From: Microcoleus sp.
Lineage (GTDB): Bacteria; Cyanobacteriota; Cyanobacteriia; Cyanobacteriales; Microcoleaceae
Direction: 5' to 3'
DNA: 64,000 bases
NCBI GenBank assembly: GCA_042408215.1
Contig: JAYFMW010000003.1
Span: 448,001-512,000 of the forward strand
The notes beneath the pieces are model-generated. The model saw nothing but the letters and a program-made list of their open reading frames with translations, had not been told where the DNA came from and did no database searches. Shown in pieces: positions 19,996 through 30,023 of the stretch. Each line of letters opens with the position of its first letter. Position 1 is the first letter of the stretch. A program made the position numbers and the translations under genes.

Positions 19996-20604
19996 GTGAG
20001 GGAGACTTCACAGGTGTTAGGTGTGTCAGCCAATGTTTTAATCGATGACTGTTCCGACTCGGACTTAGTTGCTCAATGTTTAAAGGGCGATCGCACTTGC
20101 TTTCGCTACCTTTACCAACGCTACCAACACAAAGTCAGGTCAACCCTTTACCAACTCTGCGGGCCCTCACTTCTTGACGACTTAACGCAAGAAGTATTCC
20201 TGCGAGTCTGGAAAGGATTACCCAAACTCAAGCACCAAGACAACTTTTCTACTTGGCTTTATCGAATCACTTGGAATGTGGCTTCTAACCAAAGACAAGC
20301 ATTTGCTAAACAGCATTCTTTTGATTCCAAACTCAAAAATCAAGAAGAAATGGATCGGGTTATTGTCAAAGATAATACCTCGGACTTGATGCAGTTGCAC
20401 TATCAAGATTTAGTGCAGCGGGGATTGGAGCAATTGAGCTTTGAACACCGCAGCGTTTTGGTGCTGCACGACTTAGAAGACATCCCGCAAAAAGAAGTAG
20501 CCAAAATTTTGGGACTGCCGGCGGGAACTGTCAAATCTCGCGTGTTTTATGCCCGAAATGCTGTGCGAAAATTTTTGCAAAAAGAAGGTGTCCGCGAGCT
20601 ATGA
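19996..20604 (+). CDS. ECF sigma-70 factor (start uncertain)
   Basis: DDLTQEVFLRVW, FSTWLYRITWN, EVAKILGLPAGTVKSR. Confidence 0.92.
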   Translation: MRETSQVLGVSANVLIDDCSDSDLVAQCLKGDRTCFRYLYQRYQHKVRSTLYQLCGPSLLDDLTQEVFLRVWKGLPKLKHQDNFSTWLYRITWNVASNQRQAFAKQHSFDSKLKNQEEMDRVIVKDNTSDLMQLHYQDLVQRGLEQLSFEHRSVLVLHDLEDIPQKEVAKILGLPAGTVKSRVFYARNAVRKFLQKEGVREL

Positions 20605-21038
20605 ATAACCAAAGCAGCGACCAAGAGTTAGTTAATTTCTTGAAGCAATATCGCCCAAATCTTCCTGAAGCTGCGCCAGATTTAGAGCAAAAAATTTTAG
20701 CAACAATAGAAAGGAATGAGGAAGTAGAGAAAAAGCAAAATTACCTGGAAAAAGTGCGTTATATCGCATCTAACAACAGGTCAATTATTCCCGGTTTTCC
20801 CCAGTGGGCTTTCCCTCCTGCGATTGCAGCGACGCTGATAGTTTGCTGGTCTGGCTATCGCCTGCTAGTCCCCGCACAATTTAACCCGGATGAGGGGGCG
20901 CACCTAGAAGCATTTATAGTAAATAATTGGGAAGATGTATTGCAGGATTCTCACGGCGAAAATATGAGCGATCGCGCGCAAACAGACTGGTTTAATTTCG
21001 CTGTTACCGCTGACAGCGAACCGCCAACAACTCACTAA
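20601..21038 (+). CDS. Putative single-TM anti-sigma factor, copy 1
   Basis: ATGA overlap with the ECF sigma; one TM segment. Confidence 0.8.
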   Translation: MNNQSSDQELVNFLKQYRPNLPEAAPDLEQKILATIERNEEVEKKQNYLEKVRYIASNNRSIIPGFPQWAFPPAIAATLIVCWSGYRLLVPAQFNPDEGAHLEAFIVNNWEDVLQDSHGENMSDRAQTDWFNFAVTADSEPPTTH

Positions 21039-21057
21039 TTTCAAAGAGGTAATTTTC

Positions 21058-21543
21058 ATGTCAATTCGTCGCATTTCTGCCCTAGCCGTTTTAATGCTGA
21101 CTCTCGGCAGCACAACCGCAGCAATCGCAGTTCCCAATCCCATAGAACCGCAAACTGTTGCACAAAATCAGCGACCAAATCGACCTGGTGGTAAGGAAGG
21201 TGGGATGTTCGACAAACTTAATTTAAGCGCAGACCAAAAACAGAAAATGCAGGCAGTTCGCGATCAATATAAAGACCAAATTTCCCAGCGAATGCAAGCA
21301 GTGCGTCAAGCCAGACAAGAATTAAAAACTATGATGGCCGGCACGGCAAATGCCAGCCAAATGCGCGATAAACACCGTCAAATCATGGGATTGAGACAAC
21401 AGTTGGAAGATGTGCAATTTGAAAGTACACTGGCAATGCGAGAGCTACTCACGTCTGAACAGCGCAGCCAATTGGCTCAACTGATGCAGCAGCGGCAGCA
21501 AGCTGCCAAAAACCGGACGCCAAACGGCCCAAAACCACAGTAA
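21058..21543 (+). CDS. Spy/CpxP-family periplasmic chaperone, copy 1
   Basis: Signal peptide; LNLSADQ and LLTSEQR (LTxxQ) motifs. Confidence 0.9.
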   Translation: MSIRRISALAVLMLTLGSTTAAIAVPNPIEPQTVAQNQRPNRPGGKEGGMFDKLNLSADQKQKMQAVRDQYKDQISQRMQAVRQARQELKTMMAGTANASQMRDKHRQIMGLRQQLEDVQFESTLAMRELLTSEQRSQLAQLMQQRQQAAKNRTPNGPKPQ

Positions 21544-21775
21544 TTTAATGGGGAATTGGTAATGGGGAATTGGTAATCGGCGTGTTTTCTTTCCCCGGAG
21601 ATCCCCTAGCCCCCTTAATAAGGGGGGACAAGAGCGATCTTTCGTCACCCCCTACTCACACCCTACTCCCAAGGGTGCGGGGGATGCGAGGGGGTTCGAG
21701 ACTCGACTACAAGCGACATTTATTATGGGTCTTAAATCCTTTGTTAAGTAAGTCCTATTTAAGTTAAAATAATTA

Positions 21776-21877
21776 TAGGACTTACGCAAAAAAACCGGTT
21801 TCTGAGAAAATTCAGGCATCTCTGTGACAGATATTGACGTAGAAACCGGGTTTTTGGCCCCCAGTGCGTAAGTCCTA
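21776..21877. mobile_element. MITE-like element with TAGGACTTACGCA terminal IRs (second copy 23836-23937)
   Basis: 13-bp TIR plus an internal AAACCGG/CCGGTTT hairpin. Confidence 0.7.
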
Positions 21878-21908
21878 AATTAGTTGTAGATTTAATCAAA
21901 AACGCTTA

Positions 21909-22664
21909 ATGAATTTACCCAAAAATTCGAGTTACATTTATTTACACGGATTTGCTTCCAGTCCCGATTCCCTTAAGGGAAAATATTTCCGCGATCGCTT
22001 TTCTTCCCTAGCAATCGATCTGAAAATTCCCGATCTCAATCAAAATGATTTTTCTCGCCTCACCCTCACCCGCCAATTACACCAAATAGAAACAGCATTT
22101 TTGCAACCCCAAACCCTTCAAAATGTCAAAAAATCTGGTGAAGTCACAATAATTGGGTCGAGTTTTGGGGGGCTGACAGCGGCTTGGTTAGCCCAGCGAC
22201 AATTATCAGTAAAACAAATAGTTTTGCTAGCACCAGCTTTTCAATTCCTGTCTCACTGGCTGCCGCTGTTGGGACAGCAACAGTTAGAAAAGTGGCGGTC
22301 TGAGAAATATTTACCCGTTTACCACTCCCGCGAACAGCGCGATCTGCCGCTGAATTATCAGTTTGTGGTCGATCTGGATCAATACCCTGAACAAAAATTA
22401 ATGCGAGCGGTGCCTACGTTAATTATCAAAGATAATACCTCGGACTTGATGCAGTTGCACTATCAAGATTTAGTGCAGCGGGGCTTGGAGCAATTGAGCT
22501 TTGAACACCGCAGCGTTTTGGTGCTGCACGACTTAGAAGACATCCCGCAAAAAGAAGTAGCCAAAATTTTGGGACTGCCGGCGGGAACTGTCAAATCTCG
22601 CGTGTTTTATGCCCGAAATGCTGTGCGAAAATTTTTGCAAAAAGAAGGTGTCCGCGAGCTATGA
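21909..22664 (+). CDS. Chimera: YqiA-like esterase N-part fused in frame to ECF sigma region 4
   Basis: YLHGFASS and GSSFGG, then ...VPTLI|IKDNTSDLMQ...GTVKSR; created by the duplication junction. Confidence 0.85.
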   Translation: MNLPKNSSYIYLHGFASSPDSLKGKYFRDRFSSLAIDLKIPDLNQNDFSRLTLTRQLHQIETAFLQPQTLQNVKKSGEVTIIGSSFGGLTAAWLAQRQLSVKQIVLLAPAFQFLSHWLPLLGQQQLEKWRSEKYLPVYHSREQRDLPLNYQFVVDLDQYPEQKLMRAVPTLIIKDNTSDLMQLHYQDLVQRGLEQLSFEHRSVLVLHDLEDIPQKEVAKILGLPAGTVKSRVFYARNAVRKFLQKEGVREL

Positions 22665-23098
22665 ATAACCAAAGCAGCGACCAAGAGTTAGTTAATTTCT
22701 TGAAGCAATATCGCCCAAATCTTCCTGAAGCTGCGCCAGATTTAGAGCAAAAAATTTTAGCAACAATAGAAAGGAATGAGGAAGTAGAGAAAAAGCAAAA
22801 TTACCTGGAAAAAGTGCGTTATATCGCATCTAACAACAGGTCAATTATTCCCGGTTTTCCCCAGTGGGCTTTCCCTCCTGCGATTGCAGCGACGCTGATA
22901 GTTTGCTGGTCTGGCTATCGCCTGCTAGTCCCCGCACAATTTAACCCGGATGAGGGGGCGCACCTAGAAGCATTTATAGTAAATAATTGGGAAGATGTAT
23001 TGCAGGATTCTCACGGCGAAAATATGAGCGATCGCGCGCAAACAGACTGGTTTAATTTCGCTGTTACCGCTGACAGCGAACCGCCAACAACTCACTAA
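22661..23098 (+). CDS. Putative anti-sigma factor, copy 2
   Basis: Identical to 20601..21038. Confidence 0.8.
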   Translation: MNNQSSDQELVNFLKQYRPNLPEAAPDLEQKILATIERNEEVEKKQNYLEKVRYIASNNRSIIPGFPQWAFPPAIAATLIVCWSGYRLLVPAQFNPDEGAHLEAFIVNNWEDVLQDSHGENMSDRAQTDWFNFAVTADSEPPTTH

Positions 23099-23117
23099 TT
23101 TCAAAGAGGTAATTTTC

Positions 23118-23603
23118 ATGTCAATTCGTCGCATTTCTGCCCTAGCCGTTTTAATGCTGACTCTCGGCAGCACAACCGCAGCAATCGCAGTTCCCAATCC
23201 CATAGAACCGCAAACTGTTGCACAAAATCAGCGACCAAATCGACCTGGTGGTAAGGAAGGTGGGATGTTCGACAAACTTAATTTAAGCGCAGACCAAAAA
23301 CAGAAAATGCAGGCAGTTCGCGATCAATATAAAGACCAAATTTCCCAGCGAATGCAAGCAGTGCGTCAAGCCAGACAAGAATTAAAAACTATGATGGCCG
23401 GCACGGCAAATGCCAGCCAAATGCGCGATAAACACCGTCAAATCATGGGATTGAGACAACAGTTGGAAGATGTGCAATTTGAAAGTACACTGGCAATGCG
23501 AGAGCTACTCACGTCTGAACAGCGCAGCCAATTGGCTCAACTGATGCAGCAGCGGCAGCAAGCTGCCAAAAACCGGACGCCAAACGGCCCAAAACCACAG
23601 TAA
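23118..23603 (+). CDS. Spy/CpxP-family protein, copy 2
   Basis: Identical to 21058..21543. Confidence 0.9.
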   Translation: MSIRRISALAVLMLTLGSTTAAIAVPNPIEPQTVAQNQRPNRPGGKEGGMFDKLNLSADQKQKMQAVRDQYKDQISQRMQAVRQARQELKTMMAGTANASQMRDKHRQIMGLRQQLEDVQFESTLAMRELLTSEQRSQLAQLMQQRQQAAKNRTPNGPKPQ

Positions 23604-23968
23604 TTTAATGGGGAATTGGTAATGGGGAATTGGTAATCGGCGTGTTTTCTTTCCCCGGAGATCCCCTAGCCCCCTTAATAAGGGGGGACAAGAGCGATCT
23701 TTCGTCACCCCCTACTCACACCCTACTCCCAAGGGTGCGGGGGATGCGAGGGGGTTCGAGACTCGACTACAAGCGACATTTATTATGGGTCTTAAATCCT
23801 TTGTTAAGTAAGTCCTATTTAAGTTAAAATAATTATAGGACTTACGCAAAAAAACCGGTTTCTGAGAAAATTCAGGCATCTCTGTGACAGATATTGACGT
23901 AGAAACCGGGTTTTTGGCCCCCAGTGCGTAAGTCCTAAATTAGTTGTAGATTTAATCAAAAACGCTTA

Positions 23969-24646
23969 ATGAATTTACCCAAAAATTCGAGTTACATTTA
24001 TTTACACGGATTTGCTTCCAGTCCCGATTCCCTTAAGGGAAAATATTTCCGCGATCGCTTTTCTTCCCTAGCAATCGATCTGAAAATTCCCGATCTCAAT
24101 CAAAATGATTTTTCTCGCCTCACCCTCACCCGCCAATTACACCAAATAGAAACAGCATTTTTGCAACCCCAAACCCTTCAAAATGTCAAAAAATCTGGTG
24201 AAGTCACAATAATTGGGTCGAGTTTTGGGGGGCTGACAGCGGCTTGGTTAGCCCAGCGACAATTATCAGTAAAACAAATAGTTTTGCTAGCACCAGCTTT
24301 TCAATTCCTGTCTCACTGGCTGCCGCTGTTGGGACAGCAACAGTTAGAAAAGTGGCGGTCTGAGAAATATTTACCCGTTTACCACTCCCGCGAACAGCGC
24401 GATCTGCCGCTGAATTATCAGTTTGTGGTCGATCTGGATCAATACCCTGAACAAAAATTAATGCGAGCGGTGCCTACGTTAATTATGCACGGCCTGCATG
24501 ATACAATAATACCGATTCAAGCTAGCAGAAATTTTGCCGCTAACCGTCCCTGGGTGCAATTAATCGAACTAGAAGATGACCATTCTTTGGGAAATTTCCT
24601 AGCAGAAATTTGGGAAGCGATTCAAAAGTTTTGCCAATTCAACTAA
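23969..24646 (+). CDS. YqiA/YcfP-family alpha/beta hydrolase, intact
   Basis: HGFASS, GSSFGG, HGLHD, DDHSL. Confidence 0.9.
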   Translation: MNLPKNSSYIYLHGFASSPDSLKGKYFRDRFSSLAIDLKIPDLNQNDFSRLTLTRQLHQIETAFLQPQTLQNVKKSGEVTIIGSSFGGLTAAWLAQRQLSVKQIVLLAPAFQFLSHWLPLLGQQQLEKWRSEKYLPVYHSREQRDLPLNYQFVVDLDQYPEQKLMRAVPTLIMHGLHDTIIPIQASRNFAANRPWVQLIELEDDHSLGNFLAEIWEAIQKFCQFN

Positions 24647-24678
24647 AATTTGATTAACTTGCAAGTCTCAACACTCAA

Positions 24679-25437
24679 ATGACTCAAAAAGATCGATCGA
24701 CTCGCACCTTAGCCGTTGACATTGGCGGAAGCGGCATCAAAGTTATGGTTTTGGACGCCCAAGGCCAACCCCAAACGGAACGCAGCCGTTTAGAAACACC
24801 TCAACCGCCCAAGCCCGAACCCGTACTGGAAGCCATAGCCTCCTTAGCCGGGGGACAAGGGGACTTCGACAGAGTATCCGTCGGTTTCCCCGGAGTCGTG
24901 CGTCGCGGCGTCACCAAAACCGCAGTCAATTTAGATCCGTCTTGGATCGATTTTGACCTAGCAACTACCCTCAAAGATCGCTTAGGAAAACCTGTGCGAG
25001 TGGCCAATGATGCCGATATTCAAGGATTGGGATCAATTGCTGGTAACGGAGTAGAATTAGTAATTACTCTTGGTACAGGTTGCGGTTCTTCTTTATTTGT
25101 CGATGGCATCTTAGTGCCTAATCTGGAACTCGGACATCACCCGTTTCGAAAAGGGGAAACTTACGAACAGCAATTAGGGCGTTTGGCCTTTGATACCGTC
25201 GGCTCCAAAAGATGGAATCGCCGTCTGCAAAAGGCGATATTCTGTCTGCAAAATCTGTTTAGTTTGGATTATTTATACCTCGGCGGTGGTAATACTAAAA
25301 AAATTGTTTTTGAATTACCAGCCCAGGTAAAAATAGTGCCGAATGTGAGCGGTTTGTTAGGCGGAATTGCTTTGTGGCGCGATGAAAATAGTCATAAGTC
25401 ATTAGTTCAATTACTGCATTTGCCTTCTTCCTTCTGA
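24679..25437 (+). CDS. ppgK: ROK-family polyphosphate glucokinase
   Basis: [28 protein letters not shown]. Confidence 0.82.
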   Translation: MTQKDRSTRTLAVDIGGSGIKVMVLDAQGQPQTERSRLETPQPPKPEPVLEAIASLAGGQGDFDRVSVGFPGVVRRGVTKTAVNLDPSWIDFDLATTLKDRLGKPVRVANDADIQGLGSIAGNGVELVITLGTGCGSSLFVDGILVPNLELGHHPFRKGETYEQQLGRLAFDTVGSKRWNRRLQKAIFCLQNLFSLDYLYLGGGNTKKIVFELPAQVKIVPNVSGLLGGIALWRDENSHKSLVQLLHLPSSF

Positions 25438-25502
25438 CTGACATCCGTTACATCCGTTACATCCGTTACAAAATCCGTTGCCGAACTTCCTTCTTATATA
25501 CC

Positions 25503-26741
25503 ATGCTTCCCTTTATCCGAAAAGACTTAGCCCAACTTACCGCATACACTCCCCATCCGGGTGCAGCGTCAGGAGAATCAGCGCCGTCGGAAAGTGCGAT
25601 CGATCGCCTGGATACCAACGAATGTCCCTACGACTTACCAGGGGAATTAAAACAAAAGTTAGCTTGGAGTTACCAGCAGCTAATTGAGACAAATCGCTAT
25701 CCAGACGGTGGCCACGCAGCACTGAAAGAGGCGATCGCCCAATACGTCAATGAATCGATCGCAGAATCGATCGCTGTACCTCCCCTTGACAAGGGAGGTT
25801 TAGGGGGAGTTACACCGCTAAAAACAGGCATTACAGCCGACAATATTTCTGTCGGTAACGGTTCCGACGAACTAATTCGATCGCTCTTAATTGCGACGTG
25901 CTTGGGCTCAGTTGGCTCCATTTTCGTTGCGAATCCCACCTTTTCGATGTATGGAATTATCGCCCAAACCCTGGGAATTCCCGTTGTCAGTGCTGGGCGA
26001 AAACCAGAGACTTTTGAAATCGATATCGAGGTGGCTAAAAGGGCGATCCTCTCCGAGGGCTGCGCTAACGCCCAAACGGAAAATCCACCCGTGCGCGTCG
26101 TCTTTGTCGTTCATCCCAATTCCCCCACCGCCAATGCTTTGACAACCGATGAAATAGAATGGTTGTCAACTTTACCCGAAGATATTTTAGTAGTAATTGA
26201 CGAAGCCTATTTTGAATTCAGCCAAAATACCTTAGCTGGAAAATTACACCAACATCCGAATTGGATAATTTTGCGAACATTTTCCAAAGCATTTCGACTA
26301 GCATCAATGAGAGTCGGATATGCGATCGCCCATCCCTCACTCACAGCCGCCTTAGAAAAAATCCGCCTTCCTTACAATCTCCCCGCTTTCTCCCAATTAG
26401 CAGCAGAATTTGCCCTAGCCCAGCGACAATTATTGCTAGCAACAATCCCTGAGACTATATCAGAAAGAGCCAAATTAATTGCAGCGCTAACTCAGCATCG
26501 AAAATTGCAAGTTTGGCCGAGTGCGGCTAACTTCATTTACCTGCGGGTGAAAGCCGACGATTCCCTACGGGATAGCTCCGCTTCACGTAATTTAGAAGAA
26601 CAAGAACACAAACAAATCATGGAGCAACTAAAAGCTCAAGGAACATTAATTCGCCATACTGGGGGAGGTTTGCGAATTACGGTTGGTAGCCCGGAGGAAA
26701 ATCAGCGAACAGTCGATCGCATTTCTGGGATTTTGACTTGA
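25503..26741 (+). CDS. hisC: Histidinol-phosphate aminotransferase with three small in-frame insertions
   Basis: LDTNECP, NRYP, GNGSDE, PNSPT, DEAY, RTFSKAF. Confidence 0.95.
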   Translation: MLPFIRKDLAQLTAYTPHPGAASGESAPSESAIDRLDTNECPYDLPGELKQKLAWSYQQLIETNRYPDGGHAALKEAIAQYVNESIAESIAVPPLDKGGLGGVTPLKTGITADNISVGNGSDELIRSLLIATCLGSVGSIFVANPTFSMYGIIAQTLGIPVVSAGRKPETFEIDIEVAKRAILSEGCANAQTENPPVRVVFVVHPNSPTANALTTDEIEWLSTLPEDILVVIDEAYFEFSQNTLAGKLHQHPNWIILRTFSKAFRLASMRVGYAIAHPSLTAALEKIRLPYNLPAFSQLAAEFALAQRQLLLATIPETISERAKLIAALTQHRKLQVWPSAANFIYLRVKADDSLRDSSASRNLEEQEHKQIMEQLKAQGTLIRHTGGGLRITVGSPEENQRTVDRISGILT

Positions 26742-26791
26742 CAAAAAACATAAAAAATGGTATGAATTCAGCCAAATTAATCATACCATTT

Positions 26792-27361
26792 TTAGCGATC
26801 GACCTGTCGCGCCCTCCGAATTGTTTGGGGAAATACGCCGATTAAAAGCGCCAAAGCTCGATCGGGAATTTGTACCACTGTTGGCGCATCAAAATATTGT
26901 TCAAACTGAGTTAAAAGCATTTGCGATCGTTCCAAAGCAGCCGGCTTAGCCGTTAACTGTTCCGTTAAGCGCACCCAGTGTCGCCGAATTCCAAAAGCTT
27001 TCTGTCTTTCTTCGGGAGATTGAAGGTAAACCAAGCAAAAGTCACCCACGGGAATTGCTTCCTGAGAGTCAAGATCAAAAGCACCCCCGACGGCGGCCCC
27101 AGGCCCAGCAAACTCCGCGTGGAAGCGTTTAATCAAAATTAAACCGTTCCGGCGATGGCTATCTACCATCAACAGTTGGCCGCTGTTGAGTTCTGCGATC
27201 GTGTCCGATGGGTGGGGGTTGTGAATCAAATCTGTGTCGGGGTTTCGATGTCGAGCTTCCGTGCCAACACGGCTAGCGCGGACAATACAATGAGATCTAA
27301 AATCAGAGCTGGATGAAGTATCAACTTTGCGATACTCCCGCTGTTGATCGAGGTGATCCAT
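26792..27361 (-). CDS. Conserved cyanobacterial hypothetical protein, Crp/Fnr-like (start uncertain)
   Basis: HAEFAGPGAAVGG core and HTH-like tail LALLIGVFPQTI. Confidence 0.7.
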   Translation of the reverse strand: MDHLDQQREYRKVDTSSSSDFRSHCIVRASRVGTEARHRNPDTDLIHNPHPSDTIAELNSGQLLMVDSHRRNGLILIKRFHAEFAGPGAAVGGAFDLDSQEAIPVGDFCLVYLQSPEERQKAFGIRRHWVRLTEQLTAKPAALERSQMLLTQFEQYFDAPTVVQIPDRALALLIGVFPQTIRRARQVDR

Positions 27362-27397
27362 TTAAACTTACACACAATATTGTCACAAGGTGGTAAC

Positions 27398-27841
27398 TTG
27401 AGCGCGATCGAATATCAAATGCACGTAGAACAAGCAGTAGACACACTCAAAGCGGATCTCCCGACGCTTTTTGAGCAAGACATCAGCTACGACATCTACA
27501 CAAAAGATGTCTATTTTCAAGACCCTGTTAACAAATTTAAAGGAAAAATCAACTACCGGATTATCTTTTGGACTCTGCGATTTCACGGTCAACTATTTTT
27601 CACCGAGATTTTCTTCGACCTCCACGACGTAACTCAGACAGCCCCTGATACTATTCTGGCAAATTGGACTGTTCGCGGGGTATTGCGCGTTCCCTGGAAA
27701 GCTCGGATATTCTTCAACGGCTATTCTACTTACAAGCTGGATGAAGACGGCTTAATTTACCAACATATCGACACCTGGGACAGAGAACCAGGAGAGATTT
27801 TAAACCAGTTTTTCCGCAAGGGAGAAGCAATCAATAAGTAG
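27398..27841 (+). CDS. DUF2358 (NTF2-like) protein
   Basis: DIYTKDVYFQDPVNKFKG, PWKARIFFNGYSTY; start 27398 or 27419. Confidence 0.85.
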   Translation: MSAIEYQMHVEQAVDTLKADLPTLFEQDISYDIYTKDVYFQDPVNKFKGKINYRIIFWTLRFHGQLFFTEIFFDLHDVTQTAPDTILANWTVRGVLRVPWKARIFFNGYSTYKLDEDGLIYQHIDTWDREPGEILNQFFRKGEAINK

Positions 27842-27893
27842 AAGGAAGAAGGAAGAAGGAAGAAGGAAGAAGGAAGAAGGAAGAAGGAAGAAG
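27840..27893 (+). repeat. Heptamer STRR (AGAAGGA)n
   Basis: About 7 tandem copies. Confidence 0.95.
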
Positions 27894-28015
27894 ACTTATG
27901 CAGAAAGCTTTTTAGTCATCCGTATTTTACGTTAAATTACGTGGATTTGCTGAACTAAAAATTAACCTATATTTATTGGTAAAGTTCATTATTAAACGTA
28001 AAATGTTTTTCTGTT

Positions 28016-28048
28016 AGCTCCCAGACTTCTTAAAGAAGTCTGGGAGCT
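28016..28048. terminator. Hairpin between convergent genes
   Basis: AGCTCCCAGACTTCTT / AAGAAGTCTGGGAGCT. Confidence 0.6.
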
Positions 28049-28079
28049 GGGTATTCTTTTTTTTTAACCCGTCGATCGC

Positions 28080-29564
28080 TTAATTAGCCGAACCTAAAAT
28101 CAAGCCCGATCGCGCCGGCAGCATCAATTCTAAATGCCGAGTTTCCCCTTCACCTTTCCAAACAAACTCACCTTGACCAAACAGCAATTTATCGTGAGGA
28201 GATTTCACACTTCGGCCGCGCTCAGTGACCGGCGCCTCAAAGCTAATATTTGCAGATTCCGTCGCAACATTGACAGCAATAACTATTTCCTCATCCCCCA
28301 AAATTCTAGCAAAAACATAAACCGTTCCCTCAGCCAACAAAATTTGGTACGATCCAGTGCGGAGAGCGCAGTATTTGTGCCGCAAAGCGATCAACTGCTT
28401 GTGGTAATCTAAAACATCAAGTTCCCAATCAGATTCTAAGGGAAAACCGCGACGGGAATCTGGATCGAGAGCACCGGGTAAACCAACTTCATCACCGTAG
28501 TAAATGCTGGGAGCTCCGGGAAAAGTTAACAGCAGCAAAGTAGCGAGTTCAACGCTCTTTTTGTCACCTCCAGCAATTGTGATTAACCTCGCGGTATCGT
28601 GACTCGCTAACAAATTTAGTTGAGTTAGCTGTATTTCCCAAGGATACAATTCTAAAACATCCTGAATTTTGTCGCCGTACTCCTTAGCAAAAAGCGGCGG
28701 ATAGGGACGGTAAGAACGACCTTCAATTTGAGCTAAATCCACTCGATCGCCCGCAGCAAAAGCAATAGTCGGCCCAGCAAAAAGATAATTCATCACCCCG
28801 TCAAATTGAGTACCGTCGAGCCATTCCCTCCCATCCTCCCAGACTTCGCCCACAATGTAAGCTTCGGGATTAATTGCTTTAACTCGTTCTCGAAATTCCT
28901 GCCAAAATCCTGGTGTTTTAATTTCAAAAGGAACATCTAGCCGCCAGCCGTCGATACCGAATTTAATCCAGTATTCGGCTATTTCCATGATATATTCTCG
29001 CACTTCTGGATTGTCGTGATTGAATTCAGGAAGTGCTCGATTTCCGTCCCAACCGACATAATTAGCTGGCAAATTGCCATCGTAAGCAGATAGCGGCCAG
29101 CCTTCTATTTTAAACCAATCCAACCAGGGAGAATGGGGGCCGTTTTCGAGGATGTCGTGGAAGAAGAAAAAGCCCCGGCTGGCGTGGTTAAATACGCCGT
29201 CGAGGACGATTTTGATGTTGCGAGCGTGGGCGGCATCTAGAAGCTCTTTAAAAGCCGGATTGCCGCCCAACATCGGATCGACTTGATAGTAGTCGTGGGT
29301 GTGGTAGCGGTGATTGCTGGCGGATTGAAAAATCGGGGTAAAGTAAATGGCGTTAATGCCTAAATCTTGCAAGTAGTCTAGCTGTTCCATCACGCCCCAC
29401 AAGTCGCCGCCTTTGTAGCCTTGCAGGGTGGGGATTTCGTGCCATTCTTCCCACATGAAGTTTTGCAGCAGGCGTTTGCGGGGCTGTTTGCTTTTGGCGA
29501 AGCGATCGGGGAATATTTGGTAGAATACCGCGTGTTTAACCCAGTCCGGTGTTTGAATTTGCAT
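28080..29564 (-). CDS. GH13 neopullulanase / cyclomaltodextrinase
   Basis: FYQIFPDRF, DGVFNH, DGWRLDV, GEVW, SHD. Confidence 0.93.
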   Translation of the reverse strand: MQIQTPDWVKHAVFYQIFPDRFAKSKQPRKRLLQNFMWEEWHEIPTLQGYKGGDLWGVMEQLDYLQDLGINAIYFTPIFQSASNHRYHTHDYYQVDPMLGGNPAFKELLDAAHARNIKIVLDGVFNHASRGFFFFHDILENGPHSPWLDWFKIEGWPLSAYDGNLPANYVGWDGNRALPEFNHDNPEVREYIMEIAEYWIKFGIDGWRLDVPFEIKTPGFWQEFRERVKAINPEAYIVGEVWEDGREWLDGTQFDGVMNYLFAGPTIAFAAGDRVDLAQIEGRSYRPYPPLFAKEYGDKIQDVLELYPWEIQLTQLNLLASHDTARLITIAGGDKKSVELATLLLLTFPGAPSIYYGDEVGLPGALDPDSRRGFPLESDWELDVLDYHKQLIALRHKYCALRTGSYQILLAEGTVYVFARILGDEEIVIAVNVATESANISFEAPVTERGRSVKSPHDKLLFGQGEFVWKGEGETRHLELMLPARSGLILGSAN

Positions 29565-29643
29565 AGAATCCTCGTAGCTTGCTATGGCTTAGGCTACTGT
29601 AGCTCATGTTGCTCCTGGATCTAGCTTGTGGTAGAAAGCCATT

Positions 29644-29920
29644 GGGTATTTCAACTCCACTTCGACTTCGCTCTGTTACCGTCTTTTTGGCTTCACTCTG
29701 TTACCGCGTTTTTTTAAATCGCCATAATTTATTGATGAGTATTTCAACTCCACTTTGACTACCCTTCGGCTACGCTCAGGGGGGTCTGCTGTCGTGACCG
29801 TCTTTTGCTCTGTTACCGTCTTTTTTTTAGTTTTTTTTAGGTGCCATAATTTATGGCTGGGTATTTTAACTCACACTTCGGCTTCGCGAGCGTGACCGGT
29901 TCGGTTTCGCTCTGTTACCA
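29644..29920 (+). repeat. Three degenerate direct repeats (G.GTATTT.AACTC...CTCTGTTACC)
   Basis: Copies start near 29644, 29737 and 29859. Confidence 0.7.
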
Positions 29921-30023
29921 AACTTCCTCCTGTTACCAAACTTCCTCCTTTCCCCCCTTGTCAAGAAGTCCTCACCATCAGACACTGGACTTGGAGAGTT
30001 CATCGGCCCCTGGAGGAAGTACC

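Larger units (their letters stand above)
20366..24486. repeat. 2060-bp direct tandem duplication (20366-22426 / 22426-24486)
   Basis: Identical ORF sets offset by 2060; junction GTTAATTAT|CAAAGATAAT; one silent difference seen (A20424 vs C22484). Confidence 0.97.

Noticed and set aside
29853..30023. N-terminal extension of GlgC
   Set aside because: It is repeat-derived; the RBS and the conserved sequence begin at TTG 30024.
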